Of a stretch of 38,679 nucleotides of DNA, positions 18,180 through 27,056 are shown one piece after another. The DNA lies in IMG/VR virus record IMGVR_UViG_3300020045_005470, positions 1 to 38,679 of that record. One strand, written 5' to 3'. Source of the DNA: a virus (lineage: Duplodnaviria > Caudoviricetes). Position 1 is the stretch's first letter; the number at the start of each line of letters is the position of its first letter. Position numbers and translations under genes: made by a program. Below the pieces are notes generated by a model. That model ran no database searches, was not told the origin of the DNA, and saw only the letters and a list, made by a program, of their open reading frames with translations.

Positions 18180-18502
18180 TGACAGAATCACAATTACAAC
18201 AAAAAATGATAATTTGGTTTAAAAACGAATACCAAATTAAAGGAAAAGGATTAATTTTCGCAGTTCCAAACGGTGGATCCAGAAATATTCTCGAGGCCAA
18301 AAACTTAAAACTTACCGGGCAAATGGCAGGGGTTTCTGATTTGATAGTATTACTAAATAATAAATGTATTTTTATTGAAGTGAAAGGCGAAAAAGGAATC
18401 CAAAGCGAAGTGCAAATAAAATTCCAAAACAACGTACAATTATTGGGATTTGAATATTATTTAGTTAGAAGTTTGGAAGAATTTAAAAAAATTATAATAT
18501 GA
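18179..18502 (+). CDS. VRR-NUC domain nuclease (Holliday junction resolvase-like)
   Basis: TESQLQ...AVPNGG.R...GVSDLIV...FIEVK...QSEVQ. Confidence 0.9.
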   Translation: MTESQLQQKMIIWFKNEYQIKGKGLIFAVPNGGSRNILEAKNLKLTGQMAGVSDLIVLLNNKCIFIEVKGEKGIQSEVQIKFQNNVQLLGFEYYLVRSLEEFKKIII

Positions 18503-18687
18503 CAACTAACTGCAAACATTGCTTTTTAAAATGCAAAGTAAAAGGAAAAACAGAATGCGACAAATACCAATCAATAGCATCACGCCCAGAACAATTAAAA
18601 ATAGAAATTAAAGAAGCTTTTAAAATTGGTGATTATGAGAATGGGAAGGAATTACAGGATGAGTTATTTAGAATGAATCACGGGTAG
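18499..18687 (+). CDS. Small four-Cys protein (paralog of 10884..11075)
   Basis: CKHC-x3-C-x7-C-x2-Y. Confidence 0.65.
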   Translation: MTTNCKHCFLKCKVKGKTECDKYQSIASRPEQLKIEIKEAFKIGDYENGKELQDELFRMNHG

Positions 18688-18689
18688 TT

Positions 18690-18751
18690 GTTTAGAATGA
18701 TTATAAATTACAATAATATAATCCAAAATACATATAAATATTGTAAATTTG
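18690..18751 (+). promoter_or_regulatory. Fur-box-like operator 4 plus promoter
   Basis: GTTTAGAATGATTATAAAT 18690-18708 (16/18); TAaaTTTG 18744-18751. Confidence 0.65.
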
Positions 18752-18775
18752 AAAAACTTTAAAAATATAGAAAAT

Positions 18776-19126
18776 ATGGAAAAATTAACGCTAGGTACAA
18801 TTAGAGACAAAAAATCTGAAAAAGAATTAAAAAAAGAATTTGAATTTATTAATTTTTCAGAAGCTATTAAAAAAGAAATGTTACTGAATGGTATTTATTA
18901 TAGAAAAGCAAAATTTCAATGCTTCAATGACAATATGTTTACTTATGGTTATTCAAATCATTCTACATTTTTTGAATTTACTTTTATGTGTGAAGATACT
19001 TTATTAGACAGAATGACTATTAAAAGCTTATTAGAATTAAAAAATATAAAATGGTTTGACAATAGGATTTTCGACAAAAAAACAATGGAAGTGTTAGGCG
19101 GTATTTCATATTCCGTATTGGATTAA
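18776..19126 (+). CDS. Hypothetical protein
   Basis: Start moved to MEKLTL downstream of the promoter. Confidence 0.65.
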   Translation: MEKLTLGTIRDKKSEKELKKEFEFINFSEAIKKEMLLNGIYYRKAKFQCFNDNMFTYGYSNHSTFFEFTFMCEDTLLDRMTIKSLLELKNIKWFDNRIFDKKTMEVLGGISYSVLD

Positions 19127-19253
19127 ACATAATCTACTACAAATAACATTAGATCGTTGGTTAAACGGCACTAGAATTATATCATTGCATCGTTTGGAAT
19201 GTTTGGCTAAAGAGGATGGAATGAAAATTGTAATTAAAATAGAAAAATTATGA
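19125..19253 (+). pseudogene. 5'-truncated XRE HTH gene remnant
   Basis: KHNLLQITLDRWLNGTRIISLHRLECLAKEDGMKIVIKIEKL* aligns to the C-terminal two-thirds of 9172..9375; no upstream in-frame ATG; ATGA overlap with the next gene. Confidence 0.6.
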
Positions 19254-19762
19254 AAACATTAGTAATACATCCAAAAGACACATCTACAGATTTTTTATCT
19301 CATATTTATAAATATAGAAATTTTACAGTTGTTACGGATAACCCTCCAAATTCCACATTAAGAAAAATGCTAAGAATCCACGACAGAATTATTATGCTGG
19401 GTCACGGAACAAAAGATGGTCTTTTTGGTCATAAAAAGTTTATGATTGACTCAAATGACGTGGCTACTTTGAGAGAAAAAGAAATAATAGCCATATGGTG
19501 TAACGCTGATGAATTTGTAAAAAAATACAATTTAAAAGGCTTTTATAGTGGGATGTTTATTTCTGAATTTGACGAGGCTTATTATGAAGGGGTTTATGGA
19601 TTAACAACTGATGAAATAGAAAAATCCAATAACGATTTTGCAAAAATATTAGGTAAGTATTTAGATAGTGATAATATTTTAGAATCAGTTAAAGATGAGT
19701 ACAGAGATGACGACAACTCAGTCGTAGTGTTTAATAGAAATAGATTGTTTAGTAATCGATAA
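19250..19762 (+). CDS. Hypothetical protein with possible clan-CD (caspase/gingipain-like) His-Cys dyad
   Basis: IIMLGHG and IIAIWCNA, each after a hydrophobic strand, about 30 aa apart. Confidence 0.55.
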   Translation: MKTLVIHPKDTSTDFLSHIYKYRNFTVVTDNPPNSTLRKMLRIHDRIIMLGHGTKDGLFGHKKFMIDSNDVATLREKEIIAIWCNADEFVKKYNLKGFYSGMFISEFDEAYYEGVYGLTTDEIEKSNNDFAKILGKYLDSDNILESVKDEYRDDDNSVVVFNRNRLFSNR

Positions 19763-19774
19763 AAATACAATCAA

Positions 19775-20245
19775 ATGAAACTAACAAAAAAATTTATTAA
19801 AGAAAATGCGGAAATGACTTTGAAAGAAGCGTTTCCTGAGGTGTTTGAAACATTTACAGGATGGATGATAAGTAATGGTAATGGATGGTTAGGATATTTT
19901 GAAAAAAACATTTTAAAATACGGATTAGTTGATGAATTTTGGTTTTTGTCGTCTAAAGCTATTATTGTAAAAACTGTAAATTGCGATAGACCAGCTACAC
20001 CACAAGAAATTAAAGACGCTTTAGAAAAAGAAGCGGTTAGGCGTTACCCAAAAGAATGTACAGTTAAAGATTTATCCGGAGAAATTAAAAAACTATACTT
20101 ACAAAGATATTATGATTATTATTTAGAAGCAAATGATCTTTATTTTTGTGGATTGTTAATGTTTAAAAATGGACAATGGGCAACCATCATACCAACAATC
20201 ACAAAACAAGAAGCAGAGGAACGTTTAGGAGTGAAAATAATATGA
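19775..20245 (+). CDS. Hypothetical protein
   Basis: 156 aa ORF within the operon. Confidence 0.7.
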   Translation: MKLTKKFIKENAEMTLKEAFPEVFETFTGWMISNGNGWLGYFEKNILKYGLVDEFWFLSSKAIIVKTVNCDRPATPQEIKDALEKEAVRRYPKECTVKDLSGEIKKLYLQRYYDYYLEANDLYFCGLLMFKNGQWATIIPTITKQEAEERLGVKII

Positions 20246-20445
20246 AAACCTACATAACAACCCTACAAGCCATCGATAACACCGATGGCTTATTAAAACA
20301 ATTCATTGGACAGAATATTATGGCAAATAATATCGATGAAGCCGAAGAAATATGTATCAATTCGTTTCCATTTTTAAGCGTCTTAGGAGAAAAAATATGT
20401 GAGTATGATGAAAATATGAATGAAGTTGATGTTAGTTTGAATTAA
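20242..20445 (+). CDS. Hypothetical protein
   Basis: Start moved to the ATGA overlap (MKTYITT). Confidence 0.6.
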   Translation: MKTYITTLQAIDNTDGLLKQFIGQNIMANNIDEAEEICINSFPFLSVLGEKICEYDENMNEVDVSLN

Positions 20446-20458
20446 ATTTGTAAATTTG
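20443..20458 (+). promoter_or_regulatory. Tandem TAnnTTTG boxes before the terminase genes
   Basis: taaatttg-taaatttg ending 4 nt before the ATG at 20463. Confidence 0.5.
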
Positions 20459-20462
20459 GGGT

Positions 20463-20900
20463 ATGGCATATAATCAAGAACAGCAAGATAAAATATTTAA
20501 TGAGATTTGCGAGTATATAGAGCAAGGTAAGTCTTTGCGCTCTATACTTAAATCTTTTGATATGCCAAGCTCACGAACATTTTATAGTTGGTTAGATGAA
20601 AGCGAAGAGAAAGTAAAACAATACGCGCGCGCGACCGAGATCAGAGCTGAAAATATATTTGAAGATATGTTAGAGATTGCAGACGATGGAACTAATGACT
20701 ATATGACTATAACTAAAGGAGATATTGAATACAATGTTGAAGATAGAGAAGTGACAAATAGAAGTAAGTTGAGACTTGATGCTCGTAAGTGGATGCTTTC
20801 TAAAATGCAGCCTAAAAAATATGGCGATAAAATACAACAGGATATTGAAATTACAGGATCTTTAAACATTCCAAATATTCCAGACATTGGAAACCGATAA
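20463..20900 (+). CDS. terS: Terminase small subunit (Sf6-like)
   Basis: GKSLRSI...MPS..TFYSWL...QYARA...EIADD...RSKLRLDARKWMLSKMQPKKYGDK. Confidence 0.9.
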   Translation: MAYNQEQQDKIFNEICEYIEQGKSLRSILKSFDMPSSRTFYSWLDESEEKVKQYARATEIRAENIFEDMLEIADDGTNDYMTITKGDIEYNVEDREVTNRSKLRLDARKWMLSKMQPKKYGDKIQQDIEITGSLNIPNIPDIGNR

Positions 20901-22107
20901 TAAATATAAATATTCAAAAGCGTATTTCAAAATATGTAATTTGATATTGAATAATCCAAAAGAAACTGTATTTGTTATTCGTGGTGGTCAGGGAGCGAGT
21001 AAAACTATTTCTATTTTGGAATTATTAATCCAAAGCCTTATAAGTTCGCCAAAGGAAATATCTGTTTTAAGCTCGGAACTTTCAAAAATGAAACGAACGG
21101 TTATTCGAGATTACAAAAAGATTTGCAAAGATTGGGGAATTATTAAGAACGATTCAGATTTCAACAAGTCAGAAAGTAAACACGAACTACCAAACGATTC
21201 TTATTTAGACTTCTTAGGTGCTGATATTAACGATGTTGGTAAAGGATTTAGACGCGATATACTTTATATCAATGAAGCCGATAAAATGGAGATTGATACA
21301 GCGGTTCAATTTATTTCACGTGCTAAATTAACGATTATTGATTATAACCCTGACTCTTTATTCTGGGGTGACGACTACATAAATGAAAATAATTTCATTA
21401 CACTAACTTTTGAAGATAACGAGTACTTGCCACAAAGCGAGGTCGATTCTATTCTAGACTATAAATTAAAAGGGTTTCATAATCCAAAATTACCATTTGA
21501 ATTACTTTTTAAAGACGATAATATCAAATCAACTTATTGGGCAAACAAGTGGCGCGTGTATGGATTAGGTATGGTAGGGTCGTTAGATGGGGTCGTGTTT
21601 AATAATTGGAGAGAGATTGAAACTATGCCAACCGAAGCGAGGTTGTTGGGATATGGTGTCGATTTTGGATACTCAAACGATCCAACCGCTATAATTGAAG
21701 TTTGGAAATATAACGATAAACGAATTTTAAACGAGATTTGCTATTCAAAAGGACTTTCAAATAGAGAGATTGCCAATAGAATCGATACATTAATGCCTGC
21801 TTACTGCGATAGTGCCGAACCGAAATCAATTGCAGAGCTGCAAGACCTTGGAATTAATGCCTATCCAGTTGGGAAAGGTGCTGATTCCATTAATTTCGGT
21901 ATTCAAATAATGCAGGAATACGACTACTTAATAACTTCAAAGTCAGTTAATTTAATTAATGAATTTCAAAAATACACGTGGCAAAAAAATAAACGAACCG
22001 GAGACAAAGAAAATAAACCAATAGATAAATTTAATCACGCAATAGATGCTACAAGGTATCACGAAATGGAATCTATCAACGGAAATTCAACACTATGCAT
22101 AAAATAA
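20887..22107 (+). CDS. terL: Terminase large subunit (PBSX/SPP1-like)
   Basis: RGGQGASKT Walker A, YINEA Walker B, DYNP, GVDFGYSNDPTA, DSAEP, NHAIDATRY; TTG start. Confidence 0.92.
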   Translation: METDNKYKYSKAYFKICNLILNNPKETVFVIRGGQGASKTISILELLIQSLISSPKEISVLSSELSKMKRTVIRDYKKICKDWGIIKNDSDFNKSESKHELPNDSYLDFLGADINDVGKGFRRDILYINEADKMEIDTAVQFISRAKLTIIDYNPDSLFWGDDYINENNFITLTFEDNEYLPQSEVDSILDYKLKGFHNPKLPFELLFKDDNIKSTYWANKWRVYGLGMVGSLDGVVFNNWREIETMPTEARLLGYGVDFGYSNDPTAIIEVWKYNDKRILNEICYSKGLSNREIANRIDTLMPAYCDSAEPKSIAELQDLGINAYPVGKGADSINFGIQIMQEYDYLITSKSVNLINEFQKYTWQKNKRTGDKENKPIDKFNHAIDATRYHEMESINGNSTLCIK

Positions 22108-22538
22108 CTGAACTAAAAGCAGGTGAATTTATTGACTTGCAGGAGTATGCAAAGTCGTTGCAAAAAGAAAGTGAAGATTCAGTTGATATAATTGAAAAAT
22201 TTTATTTACTTTTGAATGGACAAATGCCAAAGACTGAAAAAGAATGCTTTGAAATTGTAGAAGATTACGCAATACAGATTGAGCAAGTCAAAGAAGATTT
22301 TGAATTTATATTTAATCCCCCACCGTTACCTAGCACAATTGAAAATCAATTGAATTCAATAGGTGACGAATATCGTAAAGAGTTTTCAGAAATGTACGGG
22401 GGTTGGGTAGAATTAGTTTATTTGATTTCGACAGTATTTCAATATAAACCGGATGAAGTTTTAGAAATGAGGGCACAGGATTTTTTATTTTGGGGTAATT
22501 ATTTGTTACATAAAAAATACGTAGAAAATATAAAATGA
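22095..22538 (+). CDS. Hypothetical acidic protein (possible tail assembly chaperone)
   Basis: ORF within the tail gene block; function inferred from position only. Confidence 0.55.
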   Translation: MHKITELKAGEFIDLQEYAKSLQKESEDSVDIIEKFYLLLNGQMPKTEKECFEIVEDYAIQIEQVKEDFEFIFNPPPLPSTIENQLNSIGDEYRKEFSEMYGGWVELVYLISTVFQYKPDEVLEMRAQDFLFWGNYLLHKKYVENIK

Positions 22539-22981
22539 TTTCAAAAATAACGAACTATATCGTAAATCAATTTCAACAAGATGAATTAGTCCATACTATT
22601 TCTTTGGAGGCAATCGATGTTAAAAAAGAAAATATATATCCTTTAGTAGCTTTAAAATACAATGGAGAAGATGAAAACGAAGACGGATCGCTTCTTTATC
22701 ACGACTATACCATCCATATTTTACAGCAACGCGACAGCAACCGTAAAATGAAGCCTTCTAAATTATTGGAAGAAACTAATTGGATTGACAACCTTAACGA
22801 ATGCAGTTCTATAGCTAATAATTTTATTAATTATATCCGTAGATTAGAGATAAACGAGAACATAAACGTAGTAACCGTTTCTAAAAAAGAACCGTTGTCA
22901 GGATTTGGAGGTGCAAATCTTGACGGTTTTGTGTTTGACATTACTTTTAGTATGCCTAATACTGGATATTGTGGAACGTAG
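22535..22981 (+). CDS. Putative tail terminator/completion protein
   Basis: 148 aa; IYPLV motif and beta-rich C-terminus; next to gp10-like genes. Confidence 0.5.
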   Translation: MISKITNYIVNQFQQDELVHTISLEAIDVKKENIYPLVALKYNGEDENEDGSLLYHDYTIHILQQRDSNRKMKPSKLLEETNWIDNLNECSSIANNFINYIRRLEINENINVVTVSKKEPLSGFGGANLDGFVFDITFSMPNTGYCGT

Positions 22982-23396
22982 TACGTCAGAATTACAAAGC
23001 ATAGCGCGTGAGATTGTGGCTAAAAGTAAAAAGAGTGCTCACGTTGATACTGGTAGACTGAAAAGAAGTATTAGTTACGTAATTAATTTACAAGGCATAC
23101 CTACTTTCACTGAAGTTTTTTATGGACAATTTGGTGACAACTCGGATTTAGAGGAAAATTTAAAAGCAATGTGGCCTAGTGATGAGCCCTACAATTTAAT
23201 TTGGGTAGATGATAATGGAAATCCGTATCAAGTTATTCGTAAAACAGCAAGCGGACGCGTTGGAATTGAAACAAAAGCAACGAAAGCCACAACAAGAAAA
23301 AGTTTAGGTATTAATGGAATTAAGAACTTTTTAAAAAGTTTTAACAATGGCAAAGCGCAGGACACGGCAACAGATAGCAGCGGACAAGATAATTAG
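22971..23396 (+). CDS. HK97 gp10-like neck/tail completion protein
   Basis: AHVDTGRLKRSI motif; probable GTG start at 22971. Confidence 0.6.
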   Translation: MERSTSELQSIAREIVAKSKKSAHVDTGRLKRSISYVINLQGIPTFTEVFYGQFGDNSDLEENLKAMWPSDEPYNLIWVDDNGNPYQVIRKTASGRVGIETKATKATTRKSLGINGIKNFLKSFNNGKAQDTATDSSGQDN

Positions 23397-23679
23397 AAAA
23401 AATCTTGATATTTTGGGTGAGAAAATTTATAAACAAACCAGAAGAACCACAAGAGTATTAACTGGAAGTTTGAAAAATTCGATTAACTTTGCTGTAAAAC
23501 CTGATACAAGATTGACGTTTTACCAAAATGTATACGGTAAAGATGTAAGGCCAGCAGGTAAAAAAAGCGGCGAACTTGATGCTTTGATGATTACAATTAA
23601 GGAATTGTTACCCGAAGGAATAGAAGTTATAAAAAAAGATTTAACAGAAAGTATTTTATATCCATTCAGAAATAAATGA
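23347..23679 (+). CDS. Second HK97 gp10-like protein
   Basis: TRVLTGSLKNSI motif. Confidence 0.55.
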   Translation: MAKRRTRQQIAADKIIRKNLDILGEKIYKQTRRTTRVLTGSLKNSINFAVKPDTRLTFYQNVYGKDVRPAGKKSGELDALMITIKELLPEGIEVIKKDLTESILYPFRNK

Positions 23680-24815
23680 TCACACCAACTACCATAACCA
23701 GCGAAAATCAAATTTACCTTACGGGTTCGCCAATTAATTTAAGGATTAGAAATCTTGCAGCAGACAGCACAATTAAAAGTGTAGTTTGTGAATTATATGT
23801 TTGGAACGGAAATCTAAACGCACCGCCAACATTGGCGAGTTATACATTGGTTGCTGACAAAGTTTCAAAGTTAGATAACTATATTAATTTTCAAATAGCT
23901 GAAATAATACGCTCACATATTACAGGAACTAAATTTGCGTGGACTTCTGGAAACGATGCACCAAGTATCGCAGGTGAAGGCGTATTTTTTCAAACTAAAT
24001 ACCAAGTAACAAATGATGGCGATGTCGTAGAAGCTGCTATATCAAGTACTACGAACTTCGCCACCCTTGGTTATAGATATGACTTTGAACAGTTGGGAGA
24101 TTTAGGATTACCTCAGCCTTATTTAGGATTGTTGCCTATAAATTATTCAAGGAATTACACCGAAAAAATACAGTATTTCAAACGTGATTTTGATTATACA
24201 AAGACTTTAGAAGCTTGCACAAGCAAAAATATAATTTTAAGTGTAGTTAATCCGGTCACAACTTGCAAACCTCAATTAGGTGACAAGTACCTAGTAGTTT
24301 ACATTAACCGTTTAGGATTGTGGGATTATTTTACGCCATACGGTAAGACAATCAAATCAACCAAAGTAAGTTCAGATACGAACCCTAGATTATATCGAAA
24401 TCCAAATAGCATAAATAATAATGTCATTCATTCAAAGTCACGCGTAATTGATACATCTGAGCAATCGTACACGATTAATACTGGAGACCTTCATGAAACA
24501 ATGATTGAACAAGTCGAAGAAGTTATTTATTCGCCATTGGTTTACTTATTGGAATTTACAGGCGAAGTATTTACAGTTATTCAAGAAGGTTTAACTGTTG
24601 ATAGTACAACGGTAACGGTTGATGGTACGACATACACGGTTGACAATGATACCGTGACAACTTTAGATTTAGGATATTATTCTACATTCAAACAAATACC
24701 AGTAACAAACGGAAATACTAATTTTGTTAAGAAAACACGTTTGAATGATAAAGGAAAGATAAATTATGATTTGACTTTTGACGTGACTATGGATCGAATT
24801 AATAATTTAAGATAA
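23676..24815 (+). CDS. Virion tail/baseplate structural protein
   Basis: 379 aa beta-rich; YINRLGLWDYF motif; TVD repeats; upstream of hub-like gene and tape measure. Confidence 0.6.
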   Translation: MITPTTITSENQIYLTGSPINLRIRNLAADSTIKSVVCELYVWNGNLNAPPTLASYTLVADKVSKLDNYINFQIAEIIRSHITGTKFAWTSGNDAPSIAGEGVFFQTKYQVTNDGDVVEAAISSTTNFATLGYRYDFEQLGDLGLPQPYLGLLPINYSRNYTEKIQYFKRDFDYTKTLEACTSKNIILSVVNPVTTCKPQLGDKYLVVYINRLGLWDYFTPYGKTIKSTKVSSDTNPRLYRNPNSINNNVIHSKSRVIDTSEQSYTINTGDLHETMIEQVEEVIYSPLVYLLEFTGEVFTVIQEGLTVDSTTVTVDGTTYTVDNDTVTTLDLGYYSTFKQIPVTNGNTNFVKKTRLNDKGKINYDLTFDVTMDRINNLR

Positions 24816-27055
24816 TGAATTTAAAAACAGAAGTATATATTTCAATAGATAACGAAAACTTTAGTAAAATTGATTTAGCGAAAAACGAATCAATCAATAT
24901 AAAGTATGTACTTAAAGACACGACTGATTTATCGAAAATATTTTCGCCTTTTAGTTTATCATTCACTTTTCCCGGAACATTAAACAATCAAAGAATTTTT
25001 GGTTTTGTTGGAAATACAAAAGTATTCAAGACAAAAACAGATAATGTTTTCGCGTGCAAGATTTACAGCAACGGATTATTAAGTCAAACAGGTAAATTAA
25101 AACTTACCGAGGTTAGGGAAGAAAATGGCTTTATAAAATCATTTACAGCTAATTTCACAACTACAATGATTTCGTTGCAGACTCGTATGGGAAGTGATTT
25201 AATTAATGATTTGCCGACCACACCAGTTAAAATAAAATGGTTACCTAACGATGTGTTTAGCTCATTAAGTTCTATTAAAGTTCATTCATCAGGAGCGAAA
25301 TATTACGTGCCATTAATTTCAAGAAATAGAATTTTTCAAAGAAGATTAAATATCGAAACAGATTATTTGGACAATGTTTTTTATGTTGCTGGTGCAGATC
25401 CAGCAAGTACAAAAACAATTAAATCATCTGAATTAAGACCAGCAATCCAAGGGCGTACAATTATTGATTTAATCAAAGCTAAATACAATCTCATTATTGA
25501 TATGCCGTTAGAGTCAACACAAGAGTATAACGATTGGTACGTTTACTGTAATGCAGAAAGTACAGCAACAAACAATTTAGTAAAAGTTGATTTAATTAAT
25601 CCGTTTGTTTTATCAGTAGTTGACCAAAAAAACGATATTGGCGGAGACGGTTTGCCTAGCTCCCCAAGATACACAACTACAATGGATACGGTTAACGACA
25701 ACATCACTATATTACAAAACAATTCATTCTATCCAACAAGGTGGGGAGGCGATTTTCAATTAACTGTTAGGCTAAATGGAATTATTATTTTAGATGACGC
25801 TACAACAGGCGATTTCCTAATAACAGTTAAAAGAAGCGATGGGCGAATTTTATACAGCGAAACAGTTTCTAAAATAGGCACGATGTTAGAAGCAGAAATA
25901 AACATAACCGATGAAATGTTTATTGGAACTTCTTTAACTTTTTCAATTGAAATTTCACCCAAACAAACATCAACTTGGAATAAGATGGATTTTTTCACCA
26001 TTCAAGAATATTACCACACTTATAAATTTTTGACAGTAAAATCAGTAGAAAGAAAAAAATGGCAATATGTAAGTTTTGGAAATGACAATAGCGCGCAATC
26101 AGGAGCGGGAATAATTGATTTATTTAAAGCTTTGCCGCAAACAAAATGCGTAGATTTCTTAAATTCATTTTTCAAAACGTTTAATATTTCAATATTCGAC
26201 GCTTCGCCAAATGACGATAAACTTTTTTGGTTAACGCCTCAGGATTTACTAGTGGAAAATAAAGCATTTTCTAAAAAAGTAGTAGATTATACGCCTTATA
26301 TTGTGTCAAAAAACATAACAAAAAGCTTACCGGCTGATTTCAATTACTATAATTTCAAACATTTAACGTCAAAATACAAATCAAATATTGATTTTAAATC
26401 GACAAACGGTATAGAATTTGGACAAACTACATATCCAACTATTAAACCTACTGAAAATTTAAACGAGTATAAGGTAGAAACTGGATTTTCAATCTTAGAA
26501 GCTTTGCCAATATCTGGAATGACAGACGAATTTACAAGTTACGGGTTTAATTCAGACGCACCGGAAACATTAGAAGGGGGCGAAAAAAGATATAAGCCAA
26601 ATGTAGATGAATTAACTATTTTCTTTGCGTGTGTATTACGTAATTTATCAGGTGATAAGGTTTTAGGATTTCAAAAAACTAGCCTAAGCGGGGCATTAAT
26701 TACAGCACCGTTAAATTCATATATAAAAACAAGTCCGGTACATCCTAACGGTTTTAGCTTTGGATTTAGTTTGATTCAAGAAAGCGTACAACGTAGTTTA
26801 TATTATGATTTTTATAAAACACAAACAGAAAGATTATTAAATCCAAACACTTTAAACCAATCTTTTGAATTAGAATTACCAGCAAGCGAATTAGTTTTAA
26901 ACTATGCAACAACCGAAAGTGGAATGTCATTAGTTCCAGACGGTTTTAGATTACAAAATGAAATAATATTGCAGGAAAATAGATTTTCACTAATTGACGC
27001 TACTATTGATATTACAACCGGAAAAGCAAAAATAAACGCATTAAATTTTACATAA
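24815..27055 (+). CDS. Putative baseplate hub/tail tip protein
   Basis: 746 aa; FSLSFTFPGT..N..IF N-terminal motif; adjacent to tape measure. Confidence 0.6.
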   Translation: MNLKTEVYISIDNENFSKIDLAKNESINIKYVLKDTTDLSKIFSPFSLSFTFPGTLNNQRIFGFVGNTKVFKTKTDNVFACKIYSNGLLSQTGKLKLTEVREENGFIKSFTANFTTTMISLQTRMGSDLINDLPTTPVKIKWLPNDVFSSLSSIKVHSSGAKYYVPLISRNRIFQRRLNIETDYLDNVFYVAGADPASTKTIKSSELRPAIQGRTIIDLIKAKYNLIIDMPLESTQEYNDWYVYCNAESTATNNLVKVDLINPFVLSVVDQKNDIGGDGLPSSPRYTTTMDTVNDNITILQNNSFYPTRWGGDFQLTVRLNGIIILDDATTGDFLITVKRSDGRILYSETVSKIGTMLEAEINITDEMFIGTSLTFSIEISPKQTSTWNKMDFFTIQEYYHTYKFLTVKSVERKKWQYVSFGNDNSAQSGAGIIDLFKALPQTKCVDFLNSFFKTFNISIFDASPNDDKLFWLTPQDLLVENKAFSKKVVDYTPYIVSKNITKSLPADFNYYNFKHLTSKYKSNIDFKSTNGIEFGQTTYPTIKPTENLNEYKVETGFSILEALPISGMTDEFTSYGFNSDAPETLEGGEKRYKPNVDELTIFFACVLRNLSGDKVLGFQKTSLSGALITAPLNSYIKTSPVHPNGFSFGFSLIQESVQRSLYYDFYKTQTERLLNPNTLNQSFELELPASELVLNYATTESGMSLVPDGFRLQNEIILQENRFSLIDATIDITTGKAKINALNFT

Positions 27056-27056
27056 A

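Noticed and set aside
22095-22538. Programmed frameshift tail chaperone (lambda G/GT type)
   Set aside because: Not located between tube and tape-measure genes, and no convincing slippery site with an extended frame was found
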